A model generated the notes under the pieces. That model saw nothing but the letters and a program-made list of their open reading frames with translations, made no database searches and was not told the DNA's origin. DNA of 61,742 nucleotides from a virus. The position numbers and the translations under genes were made by a program. The stretch lies in IMG/VR virus record IMGVR_UViG_3300037465_000034; one strand, given 5' to 3'. Below, one piece after another: positions 46,001-50,467 of the stretch (position 1 is its first letter; the number at the start of each line of letters is the position of its first letter).

Positions 46001-48322
46001 CACGCAAGGCAGCACGACATCGGCTTTGACCGCGACATGAGCCTTGAGGACGTTGCCGAGTCCGTGAGGCAGACGGCCGACAACACCATCACCGACCTGT
46101 CCGTCGATCTGGAAACGATCGCCGACGAGGGCTACGTCAATGAGATGGCGCAGGAAGCCTACGAGCAGGCCGGCGAAGGGGCGCCGGGCCGGCGCGCGGC
46201 GGCGCGCGTCAGCGCGAAGCTCGCCGAGGACGCCGAGAAGCTGCGCGAGCAGATCGCGCAGCTCGAGCAGTTGAAGAAGGATGTGACAGACATCGAGGAA
46301 AAGACCACCGGCTTGAAGAACAGCGGCTACTTCCCGGCGATGCGGTTCGGGCAATACGCCGTCCAAGTGCTGCGGCCACGGCTGGGCGAAGAGCCAGAAC
46401 AGCTCTACTTTTCCATGTTCGATACGCAGTTGAAGGCGAACCTCGCCAAGCGCGAGTTGCGCCGCGAGTTCGGGCCGGACGTTGACATCGTTGACGGCAT
46501 GATTTCTTTGCAGCAGTTCAGGTTATTCAGGGGCCTGAACCTGGAAATGATCGAAGCCTTCGCCGACAACATCGTGGACGAGAGCGGCGGCCGGCTCTCG
46601 AAGGACCCGGTGGTGCAGGGCTTCATCAAGGCCGCGGCGAGCGAACGCTCGAACCTCAAGCGCCATCTGCATCGCAAGGGCGTGGCTGGCTACTCGCGCG
46701 ACCTGCCCAGGGTGCTCGCGGCTTTCACGGTGTCGTCGGCGCGCGCGGCGGCGAGCGGCTACCACTCGGCCGACATGGCGCGCCTGGCGCAGCGGATCAG
46801 GACCGGAGATGTGAAGGACTACGCCATCGACCTGGTGCGCTACCTGCAGGATCCCGAGGAGGAGGCGCACTGGCTGCGGGCGTTCCTGTTCGTGCAGTAT
46901 CTAGGCGGCTCGATCGCGCACGGCATGGTGAACATGACCCAGCCGGCGCTGGTGACGGTCCCCTACCTGAGTCAATTCACGACGCCGAAGGATGCTGCGG
47001 CGAAGGTGTCGAGCGCCGCAGCGACGAAGGAGTCGGAGCTCACCGGCTCGTTGAAGGACGACTTCACCAGGGCGAAGGGCGAGGGGGTCGTTGCACCGCA
47101 GGAGATCCACCAGCTCCGCGCCGAGGCGGGCGGCCTCCCCGTCGGCAGCAGCCTGATCGCCCGGAAGCTCTCGTTCCTGTGGGGCTCGATCTATTCGATC
47201 ACCGAGCAGTTCAATCGCAAGACGACCTTCATCGCCGCGCATCGCATCGCGCAGGACATGAGCAGTGCTGATCTGGCGAAGGCTGGTGCCCGCAGCGCCT
47301 ACGAGTTCGCGGTGAACGCGGTCAACCGGACGCAGTTTATCTACAACAAGGGCAACCGTCCGGCGTGGGCGCGCGGCCCAATCGGCGCGACGGTGTTCAC
47401 CTTCAAGCAGTTCTCGATCAGCTATCTCGAGCTGGCGAAACGAATCTATAGGAATGACAAGAAGGCCTTCGCGCTGATGATGCTGCTCTTGATCGCAGCC
47501 GCTGGCCTCGAGGGGTTGCCCTTCGCCGAGGACATCGAGGACATCGTGGACACCGTGGGCCAGTGGATGGGCTACGCGACCAACTCCAAGAAAAAGCTCC
47601 GCGAGTGGGCCGCTGCCTCGGTTGGCATGGATCTCGCCCAGGTCGCCATGAAGGGCGTGAGCGGGCTGCCCTTCATGCCGGTGGACATCAGCGTCAGGAT
47701 GGGCCTGCAGAACCTCATTCCAGGCACCGCGGCGCTCAAGCCTAGCGAGAAGAGCAAGGTGCGCGACGTATTGGAGATGATGGGGCCGGCCGGGCAGCTC
47801 GTTCCTGCCGAGGGCACGATGGCTGGCCGCGCCATCGAGCGCCTGGCGAAGGGCGATGTGCTGGGGGCGGTGCGCGAGGGCGCCCCGGTCGCCGTGCAGA
47901 ACGTCGTGAAGGGCGCGCAGATGATGGACAGTGGCTACGCCACCGACTACGAGGGGAAGCGCACCGTGGGCGTAAGCCCAGGCGAGGCCGCGTTCAAGAT
48001 GGTTGGCCTCAACCCAGCAAGCGTGGCGCGCGAGGGCGAGAAGATGCGCCTGGCGAAGTCAGACATGGACCTGCAACGCCGCATGGAGGACGAGATCGCG
48101 GAGAAGTGGGCGCGCGGCGTCGCGGACGGCGACCGCGAGGCCGTCAGGGATGCCATGAAGAAACTCAACCGCTGGAACGTGGACAACCCCGAGTTGCGTG
48201 TCCGCATCACCATGCAGCAGATCCAGCAGCGCGTCAGGGACATCAAGCGCACACGCGCCGAGCGCACCATCAAGCACGCGCCGCCGGAGATCCGGCCAGG
48301 CGTGAGAGATGCGCTGCGGTGA
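31019..48322 (+). CDS. Giant multi-domain ('polyvalent') virion/ejection protein, 5767 codons in one open frame
   Basis: Uninterrupted ORF with strong codon bias over most of its length. Contains Gly-zipper/TM segments and YkuD-like, Cys-rich, ART-like, GNAT-like, HExxH and PLxRFG-like modules (listed separately). Follows the internal virion protein genes. Confidence 0.8.
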   Translation: MGAFDDYLNGKPPAEPAKPSGAFDQMVAADSQRGDFWRAVKQTYQQVPELAYGITALGASAIETAMGEGGLATSAKNWSVGKMLEWKHAIQETSKESDDINFSWERAREGDYGALVDWLQYGVGYGVGQASQILATAGVGAIAGKIGLRAAVDRFAAPLVEKEAERLVMASMAEKGGKATAEQIAKAAALPEVRKAAVGRLASQAGAIGATGAYAFGMEGGEIGGDVAESSVSRGTQLTGSELAKAFGATMLAGTVEFAGDLLGLGAMMGKIPVGRRLAEATGLKGRAARGIVGGAMVAPAEGAQEFFQTGIEEWGKGKEESMLPWEQSPENQRQALNAAALGFVAGGVMGGGGGVLRAAEKARGRPFVPAPARTAGETIAPILDAPDVQSAVDAATAAYESDVGASIIAQVQDTESIQDGITLAVGAARDAAERAATSGFAYRQHLEQQADAAIAESLGLEARQAAEEAARPKTAMQLALERAFQVAAERPAKAAAAPTAGRPSTSEAKAFGRQIKELSDEELADVAERHTMSAQREAARAELTHRTAVLMARIPEEKPPEKQAAPPVRIYGQLPEDMSLTQLQSAAQLLPNGKPKNVAFAYQAAAAQRELAFREKVGQIFEGKTVEQMSVAALDRLIANPTAKRQLKLFAQAEKRRRAKADADIRRRIANPGIADELKAFAAEAGWAQKGGFLVRSKRSERAGDETVTRTQWIPRAEWWRGRPVAENEDFYRKAVADAIAGKPLGEKQKRVVNFLLGMAEEVGRMLAEADVDGVVDQGLGFSVEDDMTHESVDLAIERADRHFTEVKGQITKEEADAIEDRLFGADTRPAVRREEARAAAIPAEARTERVVEGQRREPAAAAPAERGPPAAEAGAERGKIVVAGKPAAGGVSGEPASDERIAAAKRNLRKALDGKQAWEVPLKKWAAAHDAYLEEAFGAGPEVPRENDEEIATQHLEHIESAIENAHKPPRAALASHKDIDAKEFPRAAALWNEYFGQPKEKGAADASAIRKDQGQLFAGGQAEERGEAARGDDLQRAPAEGGEARGAAQRQEGARPEGDEVGSKAWYAALRRAAHQNESRPKGKPSLSNNLVLALMSFADADSRWAERFSSGRTDDELRLDIGHEFGMQGGGYSQAHKGGENPKFYFSAEGHIPVAHGKPTLQGKALIDAVRALFKIPKRKAQAAQVERRVEPTPEQQAMLDYEREFEEDIAGRREIAPDDAGLDEQAMQREEAEAEAQPTKPTPKAESRIERMRAVDSALMEGDINSVVEWMRDGFDATIVMDAIRGLAETTAWPERLAYVANRAAEVLRSADENGVADLAERILKRGWTYTTHQVKKGAKPDDVDAWEAHLARRKALAARRADIDGLLERRAMKLVEDRLYEKRIKPGDMVTFNATVYDRYGEARERTTAELRKGVGGYAMSGIDTGGGILNIGTEDVRYLTKASETDLAALRERERQAFMEQDTGAALERLRAPEGVGILKGTESAGTPAAQQRWMTSEALGSVDGIVLGYADVQGTDRVIFQTDDGNRYLLAPHSLFPVETGGEQVIPQPYASGMSRRRDMRAAIESAVGVGVAAASEKPALGANVDETVLARYLLAEARVGNRMMGPLIIDRIYGPEHGEMRQRIMQRLTGENVSKEKSGVGVVKAALFKHFGIQGDSERAREEALQETLERLAYGGKTEREALDAGWANLSAEERAQVEREVGRHRFDENAVTWMQGAREGVQKWLASVSESVRAAFRKFVAFLAAVAVALNVSTVQEADAVARPAAQQQEVTVRELVERPKADFGYARPGWAARLTANWIMASGAHEGRSFLVADKNAGTLYAFGSDGKLIEQTAALYGESKADELTPEQWKVSVDKMRTADKVTPAGRWTVGLQPDSERGWTMDFEGGEGLAIHAVYLGNPKETRAQRLVTETAEDNFITYGCINVPKDYFERVLKPNFGDKHGLFIIPHQEANTERVLGIVAADMAPQLVERKVTLPAGAPKRERPSGRRRSKGKFRSRDLDALGAKERAAAERQIERRGADAARLAQQLELHQGTPWAKQTIQGLIVRAAIDEYVAGRTPDFASMLDSPHTTNAKAAAKAGVDGIWRYLMQRGLIGEAGKPANSVNSSFANCTPSADCARFCYAATGNYTAPNPIVKSELTSWAVENNPQRAGDQIAHEYKTTAEFYVKKALRLFDKGDGTMNWIPVIQRLNAHGIRVQVFSKNPDFLRAVPKMNLRLLSADKSNLGMVRANPDLPVAFVYSDASQIAFLNEIRDRVQVILPIKLGSRLLSKAELEELPAWTRPYQCPVNNGHRKIGRQPNQWTCGRCDYRGGVGCFYGTPSAKALEAIDRPAEYDSETRSLVEELTHASRQLRPTERRKLLGEIDRLISAIRAGVDIGTAGGSARENAAAVQGDDRGLGRGVYPITFHPSRVRETRPEADLARFEGEGGRLGAEREVSEDQGEAPPGAREPAAEGGDVYSVAALQGAPGEAAQASDDQLKLTVAEGGTAARFSLEDGAAESVGARLLGSVVTKTGEPWLRPGDEKRVYHGTSRSFNNFEAQYGLPWFYFSEKHEMAEKFAASDEPIPPTPDKPERPADRKVTIATKDGPANVDAWDVGVPGLVVTYQVKSGLYSVTHEASGYAAGGASEYFVAVMEAARRLGRAGKKLGVDWRRGAEFLDALPRDEKRKLAVAARIVEPEQPDPIAAMFGYKGRAGIGVGSNIRPAYLAIKKPIDLRGLRGGTHQTPRQLLEALASHGINLTIRDMPFSHRKVYQMLNSPSVAEKIMAVAQERGYDGLIFNDEFDARLKAVSYIVFSPSQVIPAFVPRFSRNERGSELERRGARVAAMVKALEKRVDRAYRRGDPRAEDWDAILSELKAIEEGIAEALQEGSVEDVGEPSADDVGEPAGIEENLVRLYWEYLQGGLVRGGEQETIAAMRDALFAPEGIVGSTKMQPRTDATDEEVLAAAKDAFEAWAARQARNAGAYYTTDAKGQPLLHLDTVQLVDPQPFPGAVRGGQAYQHSIYRDGRPVGVVSLVWEQGRVKSLLHILTYDEEQGRGVAEAVVRGILMHNRGGLHIMSIQDTARGFWEKMGTEYLETEGTEPDGYITPESYRAARGAEGDQEARRRAREAGTRPAAVGEGAPRPGDARFSPADEALDVDRALNDIRRAGTTRYDEQAQSDLAVLERELGPFSSTGRVPRGLYRPVRLPDDSYLQELAGTFGRRVLGISFDESRAPPNSPLLTDWQGVSVGADSGIIGIRYGARRPSIALTMHELSHEIEREDPETFNELVEALRPYIRQEEYGRRFAAVYRGMPDARIRGEFVAEVMSDGAMYPKFWDYVGQYSPELLRKLVGAVRRLLDRVARGLGMGYKWKTAQYVTDFDAVMNEAARALAKYHDKRALADMQRAEERRHPAFQRDDLPAMDLDADRPFQTVDRIEDIEWKEMMDYFSANVNERRVLIYKPMLPEDLTLSKAHRGGGRTWWHAVVAGSSKHLRNGGKADSFEDAARIAWEALTLLPPVTDTVETRSAMYSKRMVAKMGGRRGKQYGYYHRNTGRESEYIEGEELVDGVEPSEGDIERGPDFSREGTAAPVFYYALDRQLVASPMKAGPAKAWRDYIKGLVAKGLVKQDEVNWSGIDDLLQIDTEGHRIQREELLFYLRQMNKEIGDVVAGEAIDAEFEGGGAPSAAHRASNKVNELRVQLDALGYDVEFEANGPDAGMPLYVLRRSDRSAFSFGDRFALGDALHVDELPDGPRELAEDIYQEAQKALEDEDGIVAQHQQSLQPRYVKTRYETYGLPGSEPGTYREILMTLPSFTMEGVAGRVVFEGRWREAVVDEFMSEIAEEHPEVYLAAIEEDGVRNIVEFSGAGETARDSIDNFARMNSGDVTYTKGAGPVPMFTSAHWQQGNVVAHIRADVVKAEDGKSYLRVIEIQSDWAQRARKVRKQEVVRVATEKGISREEADKLVARDFGFSEPRAIRDASDKVIVTERHYRDLVKKMLAQITEHDYFGFEDEHGALEDITYNPITWEQSWQTQRKVVPAEFRRLAKEYLEAYDAWRRATREQVAISPYPKAPFVDKTEAWVSLAVKRALRYAADKGLAGVVFASGKQNLSLYEGIRRRVKRIEWQPEKRQLNIVFKPTRDGHGLQNAEPDRLVEAVGPKELPEYVGENIAKQLLEPTPSAGTDAFNVTKKDGSVWRVVEGEKLRVGGEGLVAFYDKLLPAVASGVVRKLGGKLSKVTTQKKEGSPLAKKEMTDTVVAYMAGDISAEEFIDNTGLNMTVSDVEADEDMNGAWDRHDARTRTVAKTIANRLTRQHGPARSTTYNAVELTPEMRDKALGGLPAFSPYYTPDLKMRLAKGRESPDEWVKGLQKKYPVTWREVGERELNSLEREIGLRPIPSEHEPGHGPALEDRYASFRWVTDARYALRNAGEPEPPAGIERPLFSREEREPREAAPVAAGIRKKFETAGNFDKTTIRQYDDYVAGAPELASAQAGPITVRVMRDTNGIWFGPGYFILTHRDFPQYPVPAHRWMDEWEPYMQSVEGVSRADYAKLPQEERAAIEARRQARTYAEKQFFGDLAEFYWNDRWQKRLDEKFKKRTQGVAGHDWVKARSAAENDYWKALVYDELGQRAFTPHDYPPADKPNHPVRKIVHGIKDNMESAIREARAMIAEKGWKSVAEAFSWFSDDRSHGGEDVAEAARAVVKQFGGTESTADPFDFVTRVLTDAEAEPVLSAYTEAELRAKERREKEGKPVPTPTTGPEPPLLTTPEGVAPARFGEVPKSPTGQGSLFSRETRRARRRGSDVRFSPMEAIGASGVRGDHEDGLARRGSNFVRDLLHSSGKLSWWSRTVGTPQHVAETNAEFRPVFDEGQAFIHDVSRFANEAADAANGDPNDPNAMHILPRIEQFMDFLKKHASNEDQERVMGALMTGTLWGGGDPLQGRIWTDEELRAGREVDGDIRLPAFTPMTEAQIKLYRQALNSTRVSLDNTAKSMIARHARQHDIGFDRDMSLEDVAESVRQTADNTITDLSVDLETIADEGYVNEMAQEAYEQAGEGAPGRRAAARVSAKLAEDAEKLREQIAQLEQLKKDVTDIEEKTTGLKNSGYFPAMRFGQYAVQVLRPRLGEEPEQLYFSMFDTQLKANLAKRELRREFGPDVDIVDGMISLQQFRLFRGLNLEMIEAFADNIVDESGGRLSKDPVVQGFIKAAASERSNLKRHLHRKGVAGYSRDLPRVLAAFTVSSARAAASGYHSADMARLAQRIRTGDVKDYAIDLVRYLQDPEEEAHWLRAFLFVQYLGGSIAHGMVNMTQPALVTVPYLSQFTTPKDAAAKVSSAAATKESELTGSLKDDFTRAKGEGVVAPQEIHQLRAEAGGLPVGSSLIARKLSFLWGSIYSITEQFNRKTTFIAAHRIAQDMSSADLAKAGARSAYEFAVNAVNRTQFIYNKGNRPAWARGPIGATVFTFKQFSISYLELAKRIYRNDKKAFALMMLLLIAAAGLEGLPFAEDIEDIVDTVGQWMGYATNSKKKLREWAAASVGMDLAQVAMKGVSGLPFMPVDISVRMGLQNLIPGTAALKPSEKSKVRDVLEMMGPAGQLVPAEGTMAGRAIERLAKGDVLGAVREGAPVAVQNVVKGAQMMDSGYATDYEGKRTVGVSPGEAAFKMVGLNPASVAREGEKMRLAKSDMDLQRRMEDEIAEKWARGVADGDREAVRDAMKKLNRWNVDNPELRVRITMQQIQQRVRDIKRTRAERTIKHAPPEIRPGVRDALR
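33471..33698 (+). CDS. Embedded +1-frame small ORF s1 (75 aa) inside the giant gene
   Basis: AAGGAGG, 6 nt, then ATG. G/C-ending codons dominate in this frame while the giant frame loses its bias over exactly this interval. Confidence 0.55.
   Translation: MQSKTGSLGPTRDLPFGVRKLARQLFRRKLEQNGLLKDSDANLPPQPRQSEARLPQKPAQNEARSLSPESQRPEE
34041..34211 (+). CDS. Embedded +1-frame small ORF s2 (56 aa, basic helical)
   Basis: AAGGGGG, 6 nt, then ATG. Product MPAQYERIRDSYLRAGKPKKEAKRLAAMTYNAHRPKGAKPVGPHSDKKGLVQKAMK. Codon bias switches frame here. Confidence 0.6.
   Translation: MPAQYERIRDSYLRAGKPKKEAKRLAAMTYNAHRPKGAKPVGPHSDKKGLVQKAMK
36475..36900 (+). other. YkuD-type L,D-transpeptidase-like domain of the giant protein
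   Basis: FLVADKNAGTLYAFGSDGKLI ... TPAGRWTV ... GLAIHAVY ... ITYGCINVPKDYF (His ... Gly-Cys). Preceded by the TM helix FRKFVAFLAAVAVALNV. Confidence 0.6.
37379..38015 (+). other. Cys-rich domain of the giant protein (possibly GP88-family-like)
   Basis: NCTPSADCARFCYAATGNY ... CPVNNGHRKIGRQPNQWTCGRCDYRGGVGCFYG. Family name is from memory only. Confidence 0.35.
38100..38354 (+). CDS. Embedded +1-frame ORF s3 (84 aa) inside the giant gene
   Basis: GAGGAG, 7 nt, then ATG, with a stop codon just upstream in this frame. Protein-like helical product (MRADSSDRQNVENYLERSIASYLQYGLALTSEQRAAVRAKMLRRFKEMIEGW...). Locally lower G+C. The giant frame has weak bias here. Confidence 0.6.
   Translation: MRADSSDRQNVENYLERSIASYLQYGLALTSEQRAAVRAKMLRRFKEMIEGWDEVSIRSLSIPPEFVKLAPKRILRGLRERADD
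38364..38504 (+). CDS. Embedded +1-frame ORF s3b (46 aa, very basic)
   Basis: GTG 9 nt after the s3 stop, same frame. Nearly all codons end in G/C. Product VRYPKIKEKRLLARANRPPKVGTFTPSPRYRVRRAKQRRPVTTNSS. Confidence 0.4.
   Translation: MRYPKIKEKRLLARANRPPKVGTFTPSPRYRVRRAKQRRPVTTNSS
38636..39465 (+). other. ADP-ribosyltransferase-like (ART-PolyVal-type) module of the giant protein
   Basis: RVYHGTSRSFNNFEAQYGLPWFYFSEKHEMAEKFA ... RPAYLAIKKPIDL ... ERGYDGLIFNDEFDARLKAVSYIVFSPSQV. Assignment is from memory. Confidence 0.45.
40060..40285 (+). other. GNAT-like module of the giant protein
   Basis: VGVVSLVWEQGRVKSLLHILTYDEEQGRGVAEAVVRGILMHNRGGLHIMSIQDTARGFWEKMG. Confidence 0.45.
40317..40478 (+). 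CDS. Embedded +1-frame ORF s4 (53 aa)
   Basis: GAGGGG, about 10 nt, then ATG. Product MATSHRRVTVQRGVLREIRRRDAERAKRERAQPPSEKARLDLATLDSLRQTKH. The giant frame is a weak-bias Arg/Ala/Glu/Gly linker here. Confidence 0.5.
   Translation: MATSHRRVTVQRGVLREIRRRDAERAKRERAQPPSEKARLDLATLDSLRQTKH
40823..40837 (+). other. HExxH zinc-metallopeptidase motif (HELSH) in the giant protein
   Basis: ..IALTMHELSHEIEREDPETF.. read directly. Confidence 0.5.
46331..46351 (+). other. PLxRFG-like motif (FPAMRFG) opening the C-terminal membrane-associated module of the giant protein
   Basis: NSGYFPAMRFGQYAV. Downstream TM segment AFALMMLLLIAAAGLEGLPF. Family name is from memory. Confidence 0.45.
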
Positions 48323-48453
48323 CGGTCACGGCCTTGTGCGCCTTCGCGGCGAGTTTCTTCGTGGCGGTGGCGCTCGCCGGCGAGCGCAACGCCATGTTCA
48401 TCCCGGCCGCGGTCGCGGTCTTCGCCGGCCTTGCCCAATGGACCCTCGCATGA
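48319..48453 (+). CDS. Small two-TM membrane protein (44 aa)
   Basis: GTGA overlap with the giant ORF stop. VTVTALCAFAASFFVAVALAGERNAMFIPAAVAVFAGLAQWTLA. ATGA-coupled to the next gene. Confidence 0.45.
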   Translation: MTVTALCAFAASFFVAVALAGERNAMFIPAAVAVFAGLAQWTLA

Positions 48454-48833
48454 ACCTCGCACAAGCAGTGAATCTCGACGACCCCATGACCATCGACTAC
48501 CAGCGCGCGAGCGCGGGTGACGGCAGCCCGCCTCCTGGCTACGCAGCCGGAGTCAGGGGGGTGGTGACCCATCTGCGGCGCAAAGAAAGGATGACGCCCA
48601 GCCGCACTGGCTCGATCAAGGGCACGCTGCGCGCCGAGGGGCAGGAAACGATGGCGGCGCTGCGTGCGCTGGGTGCCGAGTGGCGGTGGGTGAAGGAGAT
48701 GGCGCTTCGGGCGCGATTGCGCCAAGCGCCCAAGAAGGTGCTCTCGGTGCGGCTGTGGCACCTGTGCCAGCAAGGCCGCCTGCGCCGCAGAGGCATGAAG
48801 GGCGCTCTGGAATATCGCATCGTTACGGCATAA
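48450..48833 (+). CDS. wHTH-like protein, last gene of the late operon
   Basis: ATGA junction. ..ETMAALRALGAEWRWVKEMALRARLRQAPKKVLSVRLWHLCQQGRLRRRGMKGALEYRI. Confidence 0.5.
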   Translation: MNLAQAVNLDDPMTIDYQRASAGDGSPPPGYAAGVRGVVTHLRRKERMTPSRTGSIKGTLRAEGQETMAALRALGAEWRWVKEMALRARLRQAPKKVLSVRLWHLCQQGRLRRRGMKGALEYRIVTA

Positions 48834-48862
48834 AATATCCTGTGGTTTGCCGACACCGGCAC

Positions 48863-48893
48863 CCTTCACGTTCGTTGTGATCGTGAAGGTTCT
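48863..48893 (+). terminator. Hairpin between the convergent late and early-left operons
   Basis: ccttcacg-ttcgttgtgat-cgtgaagg, then ttct. Confidence 0.4.
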
Positions 48894-48964
48894 CGCGGCC
48901 ACATGGCGTTCCTCGATGGCTGTGTCCGCCTTCTGCGCCCGATCCAGCGGACTGATGATGTCTC

Positions 48965-49315
48965 CTACCCGATCTGATCGACGTCGATCGAAGGCGACAT
49001 CGGAGGCATGGCCTCGCCCAGCGGCAGCGCAACGTCGCCGTTGGCGGTGTGCTGGTGTCGCTCGAGGATCTTCCTCACGCCAATCAGGTCGCCCTGCAGG
49101 GCCTGGACGCTCTTTTGCATCTTGTAGACCACGCCGCGCAGCGTCTCGATGCGCTCATGTTCCAGTTGCAAGCCCCATTTCTTTACTTCCGGCTTGATGG
49201 GGGCCGCCTGAGAGGCTGGCACCACCACCGGCTTCACCTTGTCTTTCATGTTCTCCGGCAAGGCATTGGCGGCTGCTGCCGTCTCGGCTACAGCTTGTGG
49301 CAAATTGTCGGACAT
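48965..49315 (-). CDS. Hypothetical protein
   Basis: ATG at 49315 after AAGGAGAG (MSDNLPQAVAE...). Confidence 0.6.
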   Translation of the reverse strand: MSDNLPQAVAETAAAANALPENMKDKVKPVVVPASQAAPIKPEVKKWGLQLEHERIETLRGVVYKMQKSVQALQGDLIGVRKILERHQHTANGDVALPLGEAMPPMSPSIDVDQIG

Positions 49316-49385
49316 AGTTCTCTCCTTCGGTTGTGCCGCTGTGCGGCGGGTTGCGTCTCGCTGCCTGATATAGGCAGCGATCGTG

Positions 49386-49736
49386 CTAAAAGATGAATTT
49401 CCACACAATGCACTTGCGCCCCGTCGGTCCTGGTCTGCGCTGGTCGCTGTTTTCGATTTTGCCAGAACGTATCAGCGGGGCGTGTTGCCTTGCCACCTGA
49501 ACGTGGTCGAGCTCGCCGTTGCTGCGCTCCGCTATCTCGTAGCAGGTCAGGTAATTTTCCCGGCGCAGGATCCCGAGGATAACATTCTGTTGGTGTGCGG
49601 TGACCGGCCCTGACTTCGCGTAGGCTTCGTGGCTTGTGTCTGGCAGGGCGCCGACCTTGCGCGGCCTGATGGCCTTGGTCGGCGTGTCAAAGAGGTCTTG
49701 CTGTTCAAAGAGGTATAGCCGTTTGCTGCGTTCCAT
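49386..49736 (-). CDS. Winged-helix DNA-binding-like protein
   Basis: ..QQNVILGILRRENYLTCYEIAERSNGELDHVQVARQHAPLIRSGKIE.. Confidence 0.55.
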   Translation of the reverse strand: MERSKRLYLFEQQDLFDTPTKAIRPRKVGALPDTSHEAYAKSGPVTAHQQNVILGILRRENYLTCYEIAERSNGELDHVQVARQHAPLIRSGKIENSDQRRPGPTGRKCIVWKFIF

Positions 49737-49745
49737 CGGCGCCTC

Positions 49746-50045
49746 TCACGATGACCGTCGTTTTGGCACGGCAGAATTTCGCGTCGCGCCCTGGCCGAAC
49801 AGTCGCTTCGCAAATTTACGCGCCGCAGCAGCCGCGGACGCAAGAGACGATGCCAAGTCGTTTTTGCCCTGTTCTGCGGCTCGCATGGATCGCGCCTCTA
49901 AGATGCGCGCGTCGCGTTCGTGCGCGCGGCGCAACTCGCGGCGCTCCTTCTTGGGCGAGTAGTTTCCCGGCCAATTGGATGGCGGCACCCCGGCACCGCG
50001 CGCGTGAGCAAGCGGTTGGTGCGTGAAGCGGTGGCTGCGTCTCAT
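49746..50045 (-). CDS. Small basic protein
   Basis: ATGA overlap with the upstream gene's stop. Fills the gap between neighbouring genes. Good GC3. Confidence 0.5.
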   Translation of the reverse strand: MRRSHRFTHQPLAHARGAGVPPSNWPGNYSPKKERRELRRAHERDARILEARSMRAAEQGKNDLASSLASAAAAARKFAKRLFGQGATRNSAVPKRRSS

Positions 50046-50467
50046 TGACTGTTGCAGCGCGGGCTCTCGTCGTGCCCGTCAAGCCTGCTGAGCCCGTTCG
50101 GCGTCCAGTAGCCGAGCATCCCTACCACGAAGTTCCCCACCATCGCGTCGGGGTCGTAGTCTTCGGCACCGTTCATCGTTGACGCGCGGATCGCGTATCG
50201 CGCCGCCAGCCTGATCTTCGCGGCGAATTCTTCACGGTTGGCGATCTGCGGCAGGACGTAGGCTCCTGCCTCACAGGTGCCGATGCGGAACGGCATCGGC
50301 GGATTATTCACGCCCGGCTGGGTGAGCCAATGGTCCTTCGGCAGAGGCATGGATAGGGTTGCAAAGCCGCTGCCGTCGGGGAGCTTGCCGACTTTCTCGA
50401 TCTTGCCGCTGGTGTTGTCAACGATGGCCTTGAGCAGGCCGAGGACGCGCTCTGGCTTGACGTTCAT
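50042..50467 (-). CDS. Hypothetical protein
   Basis: ATGA overlap. MNVKPERVLGLLKAIVDNTSGKIEKVGKLPDGSG... Confidence 0.6.
   Translation of the reverse strand: MNVKPERVLGLLKAIVDNTSGKIEKVGKLPDGSGFATLSMPLPKDHWLTQPGVNNPPMPFRIGTCEAGAYVLPQIANREEFAAKIRLAARYAIRASTMNGAEDYDPDAMVGNFVVGMLGYWTPNGLSRLDGHDESPRCNSQ

Noticed and set aside
31019-48322. The giant ORF as an N4-type virion RNA polymerase or as a tape-measure protein.
   Set aside because: I found no T7-like polymerase motifs. The enzyme-like modules and the absence of any tail-tube or sheath genes do not fit a tape measure.
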